In this document: piece by piece, positions 25,241 to 32,000 of the stretch
Position numbering within the stretch: the first letter of the stretch is position 1
Layout: the number at the start of each line of letters is the position of its first letter
NCBI GenBank assembly: GCA_963704755.1
Contig: OY969938.1
Coordinates: 4,560,001 to 4,592,000, forward strand
From: an uncultured Chloroflexia bacterium
GTDB taxonomy: Bacteria > Chloroflexota > Anaerolineae > Anaerolineales > Anaerolineaceae
Length of the DNA stretch: 32,000 bases
Direction: 5' to 3'
Notes under the pieces: generated by a model
Told to the model about the DNA's origin: nothing
Database searches by the model: none
What the model saw: the letters and a program-made list of their open reading frames with translations, nothing else
Program-made: the position numbers and the translations under genes

Positions 25241-25414
25241 ATGTCAACAAAGAGGACATACCAGCCTAAAATTCGCCGCCGTGTCCGGGTTCACGGTTTC
25301 CGTGCCCGTATGGCCACTCAAGATGGGCGTGAGGTTTTGAAACGCCGCCGCCTGCGCGGTCGCTATCAGTTGACCGTTACCAAGAACGAACATGTTAAAA
25401 AGGTCCGCTGGTAG
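25241..25414 (+). CDS. rpmH: 50S ribosomal protein L34 (57 aa, with a C-terminal extension)
   Basis: Hand translation gives [57 protein letters not shown]. It carries the L34 core HGFRARM...G..VL..RR..GR..LTV. It is absent from the ORF track, apparently because it is shorter than every ORF listed there. It sits directly upstream of rnpA, as is usual. Confidence 0.92.
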   Translation: MSTKRTYQPKIRRRVRVHGFRARMATQDGREVLKRRRLRGRYQLTVTKNEHVKKVRW

Positions 25415-25492
25415 GAATAACCAGCCGGAAATTCTGGTATTCAGGATTTTCTGTTGCCGAATGGCAGGTTGGAGAGATAGTCAGGTACATGC

Positions 25493-25846
25493 GTGAAACG
25501 CGATTTGCGGCTGACGAAGTCAACCGATTTCAAGCGGGTGCGGCTTTCGGGCAAATCCTTTGCGCACCCGCTCGTTGTATTATTGATTCTCTCTAATCCG
25601 GGCGGGAATGTTCGTGTTGGCGTGTCGGCCGGTAGATCGGTCGGAAACGCCGTCGTAAGGAACCGGGCTAAACGCAGGCTGCGGGTTAGTGTCACCAACA
25701 GGATTTCGGAATTCCCGGAAGGTTGGGATCTCGTACTCCTGGCCAGGGCGCCAATTCGTAACGCCAGTTTCGAGCAGATCGACCAGGCTGTAAAAACTGT
25801 GCTTGAAAGAACCGGCCTGTGCGTATTAGCTCGAATAGATACATGA
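25493..25846 (+). CDS. rnpA: Ribonuclease P protein component
   Basis: GTG start. [29 protein letters not shown]...[14 protein letters not shown] carries the RNR motif. The position between rpmH and yidD is conserved. Confidence 0.9.
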   Translation: MKRDLRLTKSTDFKRVRLSGKSFAHPLVVLLILSNPGGNVRVGVSAGRSVGNAVVRNRAKRRLRVSVTNRISEFPEGWDLVLLARAPIRNASFEQIDQAVKTVLERTGLCVLARIDT

Positions 25847-26121
25847 TCGAACACGATTACCCTAATGAACCAAAACTGAGGGATTTGCCTTTCACTGTGA
25901 TAGGAATTCCCCAGAGGATTTTGTTAGCTCTGATTCGCTTTTATCAGAAGGCAATTTCTCCGTCGCTGCCCGACAATACTTGCCGTTTTTATCCGTCCTG
26001 TTCCCATTATGGTTACCAGGCTATCTACAAATATGGTGCTATTAAGGGATCTTTCATGGCTGTTGCACGGATTATTCGATGCAACCCATTCAACCCGGGG
26101 GGATATGACCCGGTGCCTTAG
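25843..26121 (+). CDS. yidD: Membrane protein insertion efficiency factor YidD
   Basis: [63 protein letters not shown] is the YidD signature. The ATG at 25843 overlaps the rnpA stop (ATGA). Confidence 0.9.
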   Translation: MIEHDYPNEPKLRDLPFTVIGIPQRILLALIRFYQKAISPSLPDNTCRFYPSCSHYGYQAIYKYGAIKGSFMAVARIIRCNPFNPGGYDPVP

Positions 26122-26183
26122 CGCTCAGTTGATTAAGGCAGGTGTCGATTTCACCCAATGATGACAACTTTCCCATACATAGA

Positions 26184-27239
26184 ATGAAAAAATCCAAAAG
26201 AATCCTTCTCGTCATTGTGCTTTTGTTGCTGCTGGTTCTTTCTTCGTGCACATCGGCAATAACAGGGTCAAGCTGGCCCGGTATCACCAATGACAATGGG
26301 ACCCTGTACGTGGCTTATGCGAACCGGGTCTATGCGATCCAATCTTCGGATGGCAGCACATTGTGGAGCTATCCGGAAAAGGCAGGCCGCACATTGTTCT
26401 ACGCCGCCCCGGTCCTGGCAAATGGCCAGTTGATCGTTGGGGATTACGATAATATCCTGCACAGCCTGGACCCAAAAACCGGTACAGAAAATTGGCAGTT
26501 TTCTCAAGCCAAAAACGACTGGGTGGCCAGTCCGCTAGTCATTGGGGACACGATCCTGGCGCCTAATTCTGATCACACTCTGTATGCGCTCACATTCAGC
26601 GGGCAGGTCAAATGGACTTTTGCAACAAAAGGCCCGCTCTGGTCGAAACCGGTCAGCGATGGCAGCCTGGTTTTCCAGGCTTCAATGGACCATAACTTAT
26701 ATGCGATCGATTTACAGACCGGCCAGCAAAAGTGGTCTCTTGCTCTGGGCGGGGCAGTACCGTACACGCCGACGCTGGCGGATAACGGTACGCTATACCT
26801 GACCACCATTGCCCAAAAATTGATCGCGGTCAACTCGGCGGATGGTACCATCACCTGGGAAAAACAGTACGACTCCAGTTTGTGGTCCGAGCCGTTGTTG
26901 GTTCAGGATAATCTCTATTTTGGAGACCTGGACGGGAATATCTACGCCGTTTCTGCAGCCGATGGAAGCACCGTTTGGACTCAGAGCGTCGGCGAGCCTG
27001 TGACCGGTAAACCAACCCTTTCTGGCGACAACATCTTGTTCCCAACCGAACAGGGAAATATCATAGCGGTGAACCAGAGCGGTACACGCCAGTGGTCGAT
27101 GAATTTCGACGGCCCGCTTTACACCGGACCGGTCGAAGTCGGTGACCATTTAGCGGTAGGTATCGTCAGCAAAAATACCTTCCTGGCGTTGATTACCCCA
27201 ACCGGCCAAACTGTTTGGTCTTATGTTCCGCCCAAGTAA
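26184..27239 (+). CDS. PQQ-like (BamB-type) beta-propeller repeat lipoprotein
   Basis: Signal peptide with lipobox MKKSKRILLVIVLLLLLVLSSC. Repeated motifs of the form G.LYVA/..VYAI....G...W are typical of PQQ/BamB-like eight-bladed propellers. I prefer the ATG at 26184 over the track GTG start at 26142. Confidence 0.8.
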   Translation: MKKSKRILLVIVLLLLLVLSSCTSAITGSSWPGITNDNGTLYVAYANRVYAIQSSDGSTLWSYPEKAGRTLFYAAPVLANGQLIVGDYDNILHSLDPKTGTENWQFSQAKNDWVASPLVIGDTILAPNSDHTLYALTFSGQVKWTFATKGPLWSKPVSDGSLVFQASMDHNLYAIDLQTGQQKWSLALGGAVPYTPTLADNGTLYLTTIAQKLIAVNSADGTITWEKQYDSSLWSEPLLVQDNLYFGDLDGNIYAVSAADGSTVWTQSVGEPVTGKPTLSGDNILFPTEQGNIIAVNQSGTRQWSMNFDGPLYTGPVEVGDHLAVGIVSKNTFLALITPTGQTVWSYVPPK

Positions 27240-27251
27240 AGGTAGATAGCC

Positions 27252-28055
27252 ATGTGGGATTCTCTCATAATCACTCCGTTTATTAATGTCCTCCTGTTCA
27301 TTTACAACCTGATCGGGCAGAATTTTGGCATTGCCATCATTCTGTTTACCGTTCTGATCCGTCTGATCACCCACCCGTTGATGGCTCGCCAGATCAAGGG
27401 TGCCCAGGCCATGCAGGAACTGCAAAAGAACGAAAAATGGTTGAAAATGCAGGAGAAGTACAAGAACGATAAAGAAAAACTGGCGCAAGAGCAAATGGCT
27501 CTGTACAAAGAACTGGGAATCAACCCATTTGCTTCCTGCCTGCCAACCATCATTCAACTGCCGATCATATTTGGTCTGTACCAGGCCATCATTTTTGCCA
27601 TGGCCAGCACCCCGGTCGACCTGCTGAACCTGATCCGCCATATTTACCCCGGCTTTTTGAACGTTGGCACGCTGATCCCGCTCAACGCACACTTCCTGTG
27701 GATGGACCTGGGCCAGCCTGAACGGCTGATCATTCCCGGTATTCCCTTCGGAATACCTGTGCTGGTGATCGTGGTCGTGGTGACGACCTACGTCCAGAGC
27801 AAACTGATCGCTACACCTTCTTCCAACCCGAAAGACCAGACCGCCGCCATGACCAACATGATGAACCTGTACATGCCCTTGTTCATGGGGTACCTGGCCT
27901 GGACGCTCGCTTCCGGTTTGGCAGTTTATTTCGTTACATCCAACCTGATTGCTATTGGGCAATATGCCATGCTCGGGAAAGTCAATTGGGCCAATGTGAT
28001 TCCTTTCTATAAGCCTAAACAACAACAGAAAGTGATTTCACGGGCCAAAAAATAA
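27252..28055 (+). CDS. yidC: Membrane protein insertase YidC (short, monoderm-type)
   Basis: GIAIILFTVLIRLITHPL, a lysine-rich coiled loop (QELQKNEKWLKMQEKYKNDKEKLAQEQMALYKELGINP), CLPTIIQLPIIFGLYQAI and YMPLFMGYLAWTLASGLAVYFVTSNL. 267 aa with no large periplasmic P1 domain. Confidence 0.92.
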   Translation: MWDSLIITPFINVLLFIYNLIGQNFGIAIILFTVLIRLITHPLMARQIKGAQAMQELQKNEKWLKMQEKYKNDKEKLAQEQMALYKELGINPFASCLPTIIQLPIIFGLYQAIIFAMASTPVDLLNLIRHIYPGFLNVGTLIPLNAHFLWMDLGQPERLIIPGIPFGIPVLVIVVVVTTYVQSKLIATPSSNPKDQTAAMTNMMNLYMPLFMGYLAWTLASGLAVYFVTSNLIAIGQYAMLGKVNWANVIPFYKPKQQQKVISRAKK

Positions 28056-28119
28056 AATTATCCTACCTGATCCATCCATAATCGAAGCCTTTTTTGAGGT
28101 TTCATGAATTGGGGTTCCT

Positions 28120-28908
28120 ATGAGTCAAGAAAAAACTACTCTCGAAATCATCGCCCCCAGCATCGAGGAGGCAGTCGCTAAAGGTCTCAACCAATTAGGG
28201 TTGAAAGAGGATGACGTGGATGTTGAAATCCTGGATTCGGGCAACCGGGGGTTCCTGGGACTGGGAACGCGCCAGGCGCGAATACGTCTATCCTTAAAAG
28301 GCAGTGGCAACCCGGCGGCGATCCAGGCGCAAGCCGTATCCGTTCCCCAGGGTGAGCCAGCAGCCGAGGTTGTCAAAGAAGCAGCCGAAGAACGCCAGAC
28401 AAAGGCCGCAGTTCAACCAGGCACCGAGGAAGATGAGCGGGTTTTAAAAATTGCCGAGCAGGTGACCAGCGAACTGTTGGCCAAAATGAGCGTGCGCGCC
28501 CGGGTAAAGACTGAAATCATCCCGCCCGTGGATGATAACGACCAGGCCCTGGTGATGGTCGAGATCCAGGGCGACGATTTGAGCATTCTCATCGGCCGGC
28601 GCTCGGAGACGTTGAATGCTTTGCAGTACATCACCAGCCTGATTGTGGCTAAAGAAGTTGGCCAGTGGGTGCCTTTGATGATCGATGTGCAGGGGTACCG
28701 GGCCCGTCGTGAACGCCAACTGCGGGTGCTCGCCCGCCGGTCGGCCGAACAGGTGGTCCAATCGGGCAAAAAGATGTCGCTGGAGCCGATGCCGGCCAAC
28801 GAACGCCGCATCATCCACCTGGAATTGCGTGACCATCCCCAGGTGACCACCGAAAGCGTGGGCGAAGAGCCCAACCGCAAGGTGACGATCTTTTTGAAAA
28901 AAGAGTAA
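28120..28908 (+). CDS. jag: Jag/KhpB RNA-binding protein (Jag_N, KH and R3H domains)
   Basis: N-terminal Jag_N-like segment (TLEIIAPSIEEAVAKGLNQLGL), a KH segment (LIGRRSETLNALQYI) and an R3H segment (MSLEPMPANERRIIHLEL). It sits in the conserved position after yidC. Confidence 0.88.
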   Translation: MSQEKTTLEIIAPSIEEAVAKGLNQLGLKEDDVDVEILDSGNRGFLGLGTRQARIRLSLKGSGNPAAIQAQAVSVPQGEPAAEVVKEAAEERQTKAAVQPGTEEDERVLKIAEQVTSELLAKMSVRARVKTEIIPPVDDNDQALVMVEIQGDDLSILIGRRSETLNALQYITSLIVAKEVGQWVPLMIDVQGYRARRERQLRVLARRSAEQVVQSGKKMSLEPMPANERRIIHLELRDHPQVTTESVGEEPNRKVTIFLKKE

Positions 28909-29019
28909 GCCGCTTTCCAGAAATGTCGCCTGATTTTTTATTGCAGGTAGCCTCGCCACCCGAAACAAAAAATCAAAACAATCTGGATAGTTCCGATGTA
29001 AAACTGCACGAACTGAAGT

Positions 29020-29070
29020 AAAAATGGGTTTGCGTGGGCTTATGGCCCAGGCATGCCCATTTTTGTTTGC
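29020..29070 (+). terminator. Intrinsic terminator-like compound hairpin followed by a T-tract
   Basis: aaaaatggg (29020-29028) pairs with cccattttt (29056-29064), with inner pairing tgggc (29035-29039) to gccca (29045-29049). TTTTGTTT follows. It lies about 110 nt after the jag stop. Confidence 0.55.
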
Positions 29071-29185
29071 TGACTTACCCGATTACAAAACAGTTTTGAA
29101 TAACCAGGTGGTGCAATCTGCCCGGCCAGCAAGCATCTGCTTTTGCGTCGCGACATGAGTATAATTATCCCTGGAGGAACCCTGA

Positions 29186-30490
29186 ATGAAAGCTGTCGAT
29201 ATCATTATCAATAAACGCGATCACAAGATCTTGACCAAAGAAGAAATCGAATTTTTCGTACAAGGGTATACCAGAGGGGACATACCGGATTACCAGGCAT
29301 CCGCCTGGGCCATGGCAGTCCTGTTGAACGGCATGAACGATCAAGAAACAACTGACCTGACTTTAGCCATGGCGCATTCCGGTGAGGTGCTCGACCTGAG
29401 CGGGGTTGTTTCTTTGGCCCTGGATAAACATTCCACCGGGGGCGTGGGTGATAAGACCACCCTGGTGGTCGAGCCGGTAGTGGCCGCCTGCGGCTTGCCG
29501 GTGGGCAAAATGTCGGGGCGCGGCCTGGGGTTCAGCGGTGGCACGTTGGATAAGATGGAATCAATCCACGGATTTCGCACAAATTTATCGACGCAAGAAT
29601 TCCTGGACCAATTGCAAAAATTTGGCCTGGTGCTGACCGGCCAAACGGCCGATTTAGCCCCGGCGGATGGAAAACTTTATGCCCTGCGCGATGTGACCGG
29701 CACGGTGCCAGCCATGCCCCTGATTGCTTCTTCGATTATGAGTAAAAAGATCGCAGGTGGGGCTCAAGCGATGGTACTGGACGTCAAACTGGGCCTGGGC
29801 GCTTTTATGCAAACGATCGAGGAAGCGCGCAAGCTGGCGACGCTGATGGTAGCCATTGCCCGTCTGAGCGGCCGCAAAGCGGTTGCACTACTCTCGGATA
29901 TGAACCAGCCCTTAGGGCATGCGGTCGGCAACGCGCTCGAGGTGAAAGAGGCTATCCAGACGTTACAAGGCAATGGCCCGGAAGATTTCTATGAGCATTG
30001 TATGCAGGTAGCCGGGCATATGCTGGTGCTGGGCAAAAAAGTAACCAACGTAGCCGATGGACGTGATATGGCCGAAGAGGCACTCCGCGAAGGCCGTGCC
30101 TTACAAAAATTTATGACCCTGGTGGAAATTCAAGGCGGCGACGTTCGCATGGTGGAAGACCCCCAAAAGCTGCCCCAGGCCGGGTACGTCGAAACGGTCT
30201 CATCGCCATTGAGCGGTTATATTGCCGGGATCAACGCACGAACGGTCGGTGAGGCTGCGGTGGACCTGGGAGCCGGTCGGGCCAAAAAAGGTGACCCGGT
30301 TGACCTGTCGGTCGGCTTTGTTATCCTCCACAAGGTTGGGGATCAGGTGAATGCCGGCGACCCGCTGTTCGTCGTCCACGCCAACGATAAAGATAAAATG
30401 GAGCTGGCTCGTGAACGTCTGCTGGCTGCGCACACCTGGAGCGAGACACCCTGCGAACCGCTGCCGCTGTTCTACGGCCTGGTGGAATAG
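29186..30490 (+). CDS. pdp: Thymidine / pyrimidine-nucleoside phosphorylase
   Basis: GGAGGA RBS. Family signatures IINKRDHKILTKEEIEFFVQGYTRGDIPDYQASAWAMAV, DKHSTGGVGDKTTL and SGRGLGFSGGTLDKMESI. 434 aa. Confidence 0.92.
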   Translation: MKAVDIIINKRDHKILTKEEIEFFVQGYTRGDIPDYQASAWAMAVLLNGMNDQETTDLTLAMAHSGEVLDLSGVVSLALDKHSTGGVGDKTTLVVEPVVAACGLPVGKMSGRGLGFSGGTLDKMESIHGFRTNLSTQEFLDQLQKFGLVLTGQTADLAPADGKLYALRDVTGTVPAMPLIASSIMSKKIAGGAQAMVLDVKLGLGAFMQTIEEARKLATLMVAIARLSGRKAVALLSDMNQPLGHAVGNALEVKEAIQTLQGNGPEDFYEHCMQVAGHMLVLGKKVTNVADGRDMAEEALREGRALQKFMTLVEIQGGDVRMVEDPQKLPQAGYVETVSSPLSGYIAGINARTVGEAAVDLGAGRAKKGDPVDLSVGFVILHKVGDQVNAGDPLFVVHANDKDKMELARERLLAAHTWSETPCEPLPLFYGLVE

Positions 30491-30502
30491 ATTGATATGT
30501 AT

Positions 30503-30547
30503 GGTTGAGATTGGTGAGATGGTGTAACTATCTCACCAATCTCAACC
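30503..30547. repeat. 21-bp inverted repeat (one G-T wobble) with a GTA triloop
   Basis: ggttgagattggtgagatggt (30503-30523), gta (30524-30526), actatctcaccaatctcaacc (30527-30547). It starts 12 nt after the pdp stop. Confidence 0.9.
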
Positions 30548-30577
30548 GTAATTGCTCAGGCAAGTGCGCAAGGTGAT

Positions 30578-30630
30578 GGAGTTTTTATTATTTTTTGCGC
30601 GCCTCGCGCGCAAAAAATAATAAAAACTCC
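30578..30630. repeat. Perfect 25-bp inverted repeat with a CTC loop, embedded in a larger imperfect palindrome (30551-30657)
   Basis: ggagtttttattattttttgcgcgc (30578-30602), ctc (30603-30605), gcgcgcaaaaaataataaaaactcc (30606-30630). The flanking attgctcaggc (30551-30561) can pair with gcctgagtagt (30647-30657). Confidence 0.9.
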
Positions 30631-30691
30631 ACTAATTTTCGAACTGGCCTGAGTAGTAACAAAGCAAGAAGTTGAAAAACGCGTACACAGG

Positions 30692-30720
30692 TTGATTTTT
30701 GGCTTTAATCGTGGCATAAT
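30692..30720 (+). promoter_or_regulatory. Candidate sigma-70 promoter of the ileS leader (TTGATT, 17 nt spacer, CATAAT with an upstream TG)
   Basis: TTGATT at 30692-30697 and CATAAT at 30715-30720 with a 17-nt spacer. A TGG immediately upstream of the -10 hexamer gives an extended -10. The T-box Stem I begins about 15 nt downstream. Confidence 0.55.
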
Positions 30721-30734
30721 CAGCCTTGCTTAAT

Positions 30735-31013
30735 AGCGATGATGGAAAAGAGTAAGCCCTGACAAACTGTCAGCGAACCCGGGGTTGGTGTGAGCCGGGG
30801 CGGTTGAATGGGCCGAAAATCCTTCCGGAGCTGCAAACTGAACGTAGCCAGATGCTATCAGTAGGGGAGCCGGATTCGCCGTCCGTTATCCGTGGCGCAG
30901 GTATCGACCGGGTACCTGGTTGAGCGCCTGCCGTATGGCAGGAAGCGGGGTGGTACCGCGGGTGTATCGAAATTCGATCCTCGTCCCTGAAATGGGAACG
31001 AGGATTTATTTTA
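30735..31013 (+). promoter_or_regulatory. T-box riboswitch leader, probable Ile (AUC) specifier, with a terminator/antiterminator
   Basis: Stem I elements: GCGAUGAUGG...AGAGUA (GA/K-turn), an AGCGAA bulge, and a distal loop UUGGUGUGAG. The candidate specifier loop CGAAA-AUC-C places AUC at 30819-30821. The conserved T-box sequence GGGGUGGUACCGCGG lies at about 30946-30961. The terminator stem atcctcgtccc/gggaacgaggat (30977-31005) is followed by TTATTTTA. The downstream gene is ileS. Confidence 0.85.
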
Positions 31014-31025
31014 TCTGGAGGAAGC

Positions 31026-32000
31026 ATGGCGTTTCGAGACGTACCAAATCGGGTCGATTTTCCAGCACAAGAACGAGAGTTGTTGCAATTTTGGAAAGAA
31101 AACAAGTCTTTCGAACAAATGCGTCATAACCATGCGGGCGACCCGCACTGGTCATTTATCGACGGGCCGATCACGGCCAACAACCCAATGGGTGTGCATC
31201 ATGGGTGGGGCCGGACCTATAAAGATTTGATGCAGCGCTTCCGGGCCATGCAAGGCCACGAGCTGCGTTACCAGAACGGCTTTGACTGCCAGGGCCTTTG
31301 GGTGGAGGTCGAGGTCGAGAAGGAAAAAGGTTTCAAATCCAAGAAGGATATTGAAACCTACGGGCTGGAAGAGTTCGTGCGGGAGTGCAAGGCGCGCGTT
31401 TTACGTTACGCTGCCATCCAAACCGCCCAGTCGATCCGCCTGGGTTATTGGATGGACTGGAACGATCCCGAACTGCTGCGCTGGCTGGCCGATAAACTGC
31501 TGGAGGATTCTCAGCAGGTTATTTCGCTGGAAGGCCCACGCGGTACGGTGACCGGAACGGTCGAGCAGGTGGTCGGCCGGCTGGGACTGCCCGAGATGGG
31601 CGGCAGTTATTTCACCTTTTCAACCGAAAACAACTACATGATCTGGGCGTTCTTGAAGAAATGCTGGGAAAAGGGCTGGGTCTATCAGGGCGTGGACGTG
31701 ATGCCCTGGTGCCCGCGCTGTGCGACCGGAATCAGCCAGCATGAGATCGTCACGGATGGCTATGCCGAGCTGACCCACAAGAGCGTTACTGTGCGCTTCC
31801 CGCTGCGCCAGGCGAATGGCCAGCCGCGCCACGACTTTGAGAGCGGCCTGCCCAAATCACTGCTGGTGTGGACTACTACCCCCTGGACGCTTTCCAGCAA
31901 CGTGGCCGCGGCGGTGGGACCGGAACTGGATTACGCCAAAGTGCGCCAGGGTGACGAAATTCTCTACCTGGCCAAAGGCACCCTGAGCATGCTGAAGGGT
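31026..32000 (+). CDS. ileS: Isoleucine--tRNA ligase (N-terminal 325 codons; continues past the right edge)
   Basis: GGAGGA RBS. The class I signature region is DGPITANNPMGVHHGWGRTYKDL. It also has GFDCQGLWVEVEVEK, WCPRCATGISQHEI and VWTTTPWTLSSNVAAAV. The reading frame is open to the window end, and the upstream T-box has an Ile specifier. Confidence 0.8.
   Translation, partial: MAFRDVPNRVDFPAQERELLQFWKENKSFEQMRHNHAGDPHWSFIDGPITANNPMGVHHGWGRTYKDLMQRFRAMQGHELRYQNGFDCQGLWVEVEVEKEKGFKSKKDIETYGLEEFVRECKARVLRYAAIQTAQSIRLGYWMDWNDPELLRWLADKLLEDSQQVISLEGPRGTVTGTVEQVVGRLGLPEMGGSYFTFSTENNYMIWAFLKKCWEKGWVYQGVDVMPWCPRCATGISQHEIVTDGYAELTHKSVTVRFPLRQANGQPRHDFESGLPKSLLVWTTTPWTLSSNVAAAVGPELDYAKVRQGDEILYLAKGTLSMLKG

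Noticed and set aside
27150-28025. A 291-aa ORF antisense to yidC, plus similar long antisense ORFs at 14651-15352, 23704-24210, 28444-28968, 10644-11066 and 18432-19070
   Set aside because: Each lies fully inside a confidently identified gene on the other strand. Their composition is biased and repetitive (H/D/Q/G/R-rich), and I recognise no motifs. They are shadow ORFs expected in GC-rich coding DNA.
4882-30657. The long palindromes read as a CRISPR array, MITEs or IS terminal inverted repeats
   Set aside because: The arms of different elements share no sequence, so they are not repeats separated by spacers and not a dispersed repeat family. The two arms of each element are separated by only 3-9 nt, leaving no room for cargo. 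No cas or transposase genes are present.
30770-31105. A 111-aa minus-strand ORF and the 69-aa + strand ORF (30920-31129) over the ileS leader
   Set aside because: The region is fully explained by a T-box riboswitch with all its hallmark elements, and by the start of ileS.

Overview
This is a 32-kb chromosomal, mostly housekeeping segment from a moderately GC-rich bacterium. The gene content (short YidC, T-box leader, KimA-type K+ transporter, REC-ParA proteins) suggests a monoderm-type lineage, possibly Chloroflexota-like, but that is a low-confidence guess.

Gene order, left to right:
- comM/yifB (-, partial)
- ECF sigma factor and membrane anti-sigma-like protein (+)
- CBS-pair protein (-), a small hypothetical (-) and a polytopic membrane protein (-)
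- proC (-) and a SAM methyltransferase (-)
- PatB/MalY-type C-S lyase (+) and cspA (-)
- TPR protein, lipoprotein and mtaB-like radical-SAM methylthiotransferase (all +)
- a frameshifted GH13 alpha-glucosidase (+)
- an ldh / frameshifted REC-ParA(CpaE-like) / hybrid histidine kinase operon (-)
- a KimA-family K+ transporter followed by two TrkA (RCK) genes (+)
- the conserved rpmH-rnpA-yidD-[PQQ beta-propeller lipoprotein]-yidC-jag cluster (+)
- thymidine phosphorylase (+)
- a T-box leader (Ile specifier) in front of ileS (+, partial)

I saw no tRNA, rRNA, CRISPR array, transposase or integrase.

The most unusual signal is non-coding. Several very long inverted repeats have different arm sequences, with 21-30 bp stems (four perfect, one with a single G-T wobble). 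Four of them are closed by GNA-type triloops (GTA or GAA), and most sit just downstream of gene stop codons.

Other points worth a second look:
- A KimA-TrkA-TrkA gene module with no TrkH/KtrB.
- Two 1-nt-insertion frameshifts in short homopolymer runs, plus a methyltransferase whose conserved-looking N-terminus has no start codon. These are either assembly indels or real decay.
- An AT-rich divergent control region containing a thrice-repeated motif.
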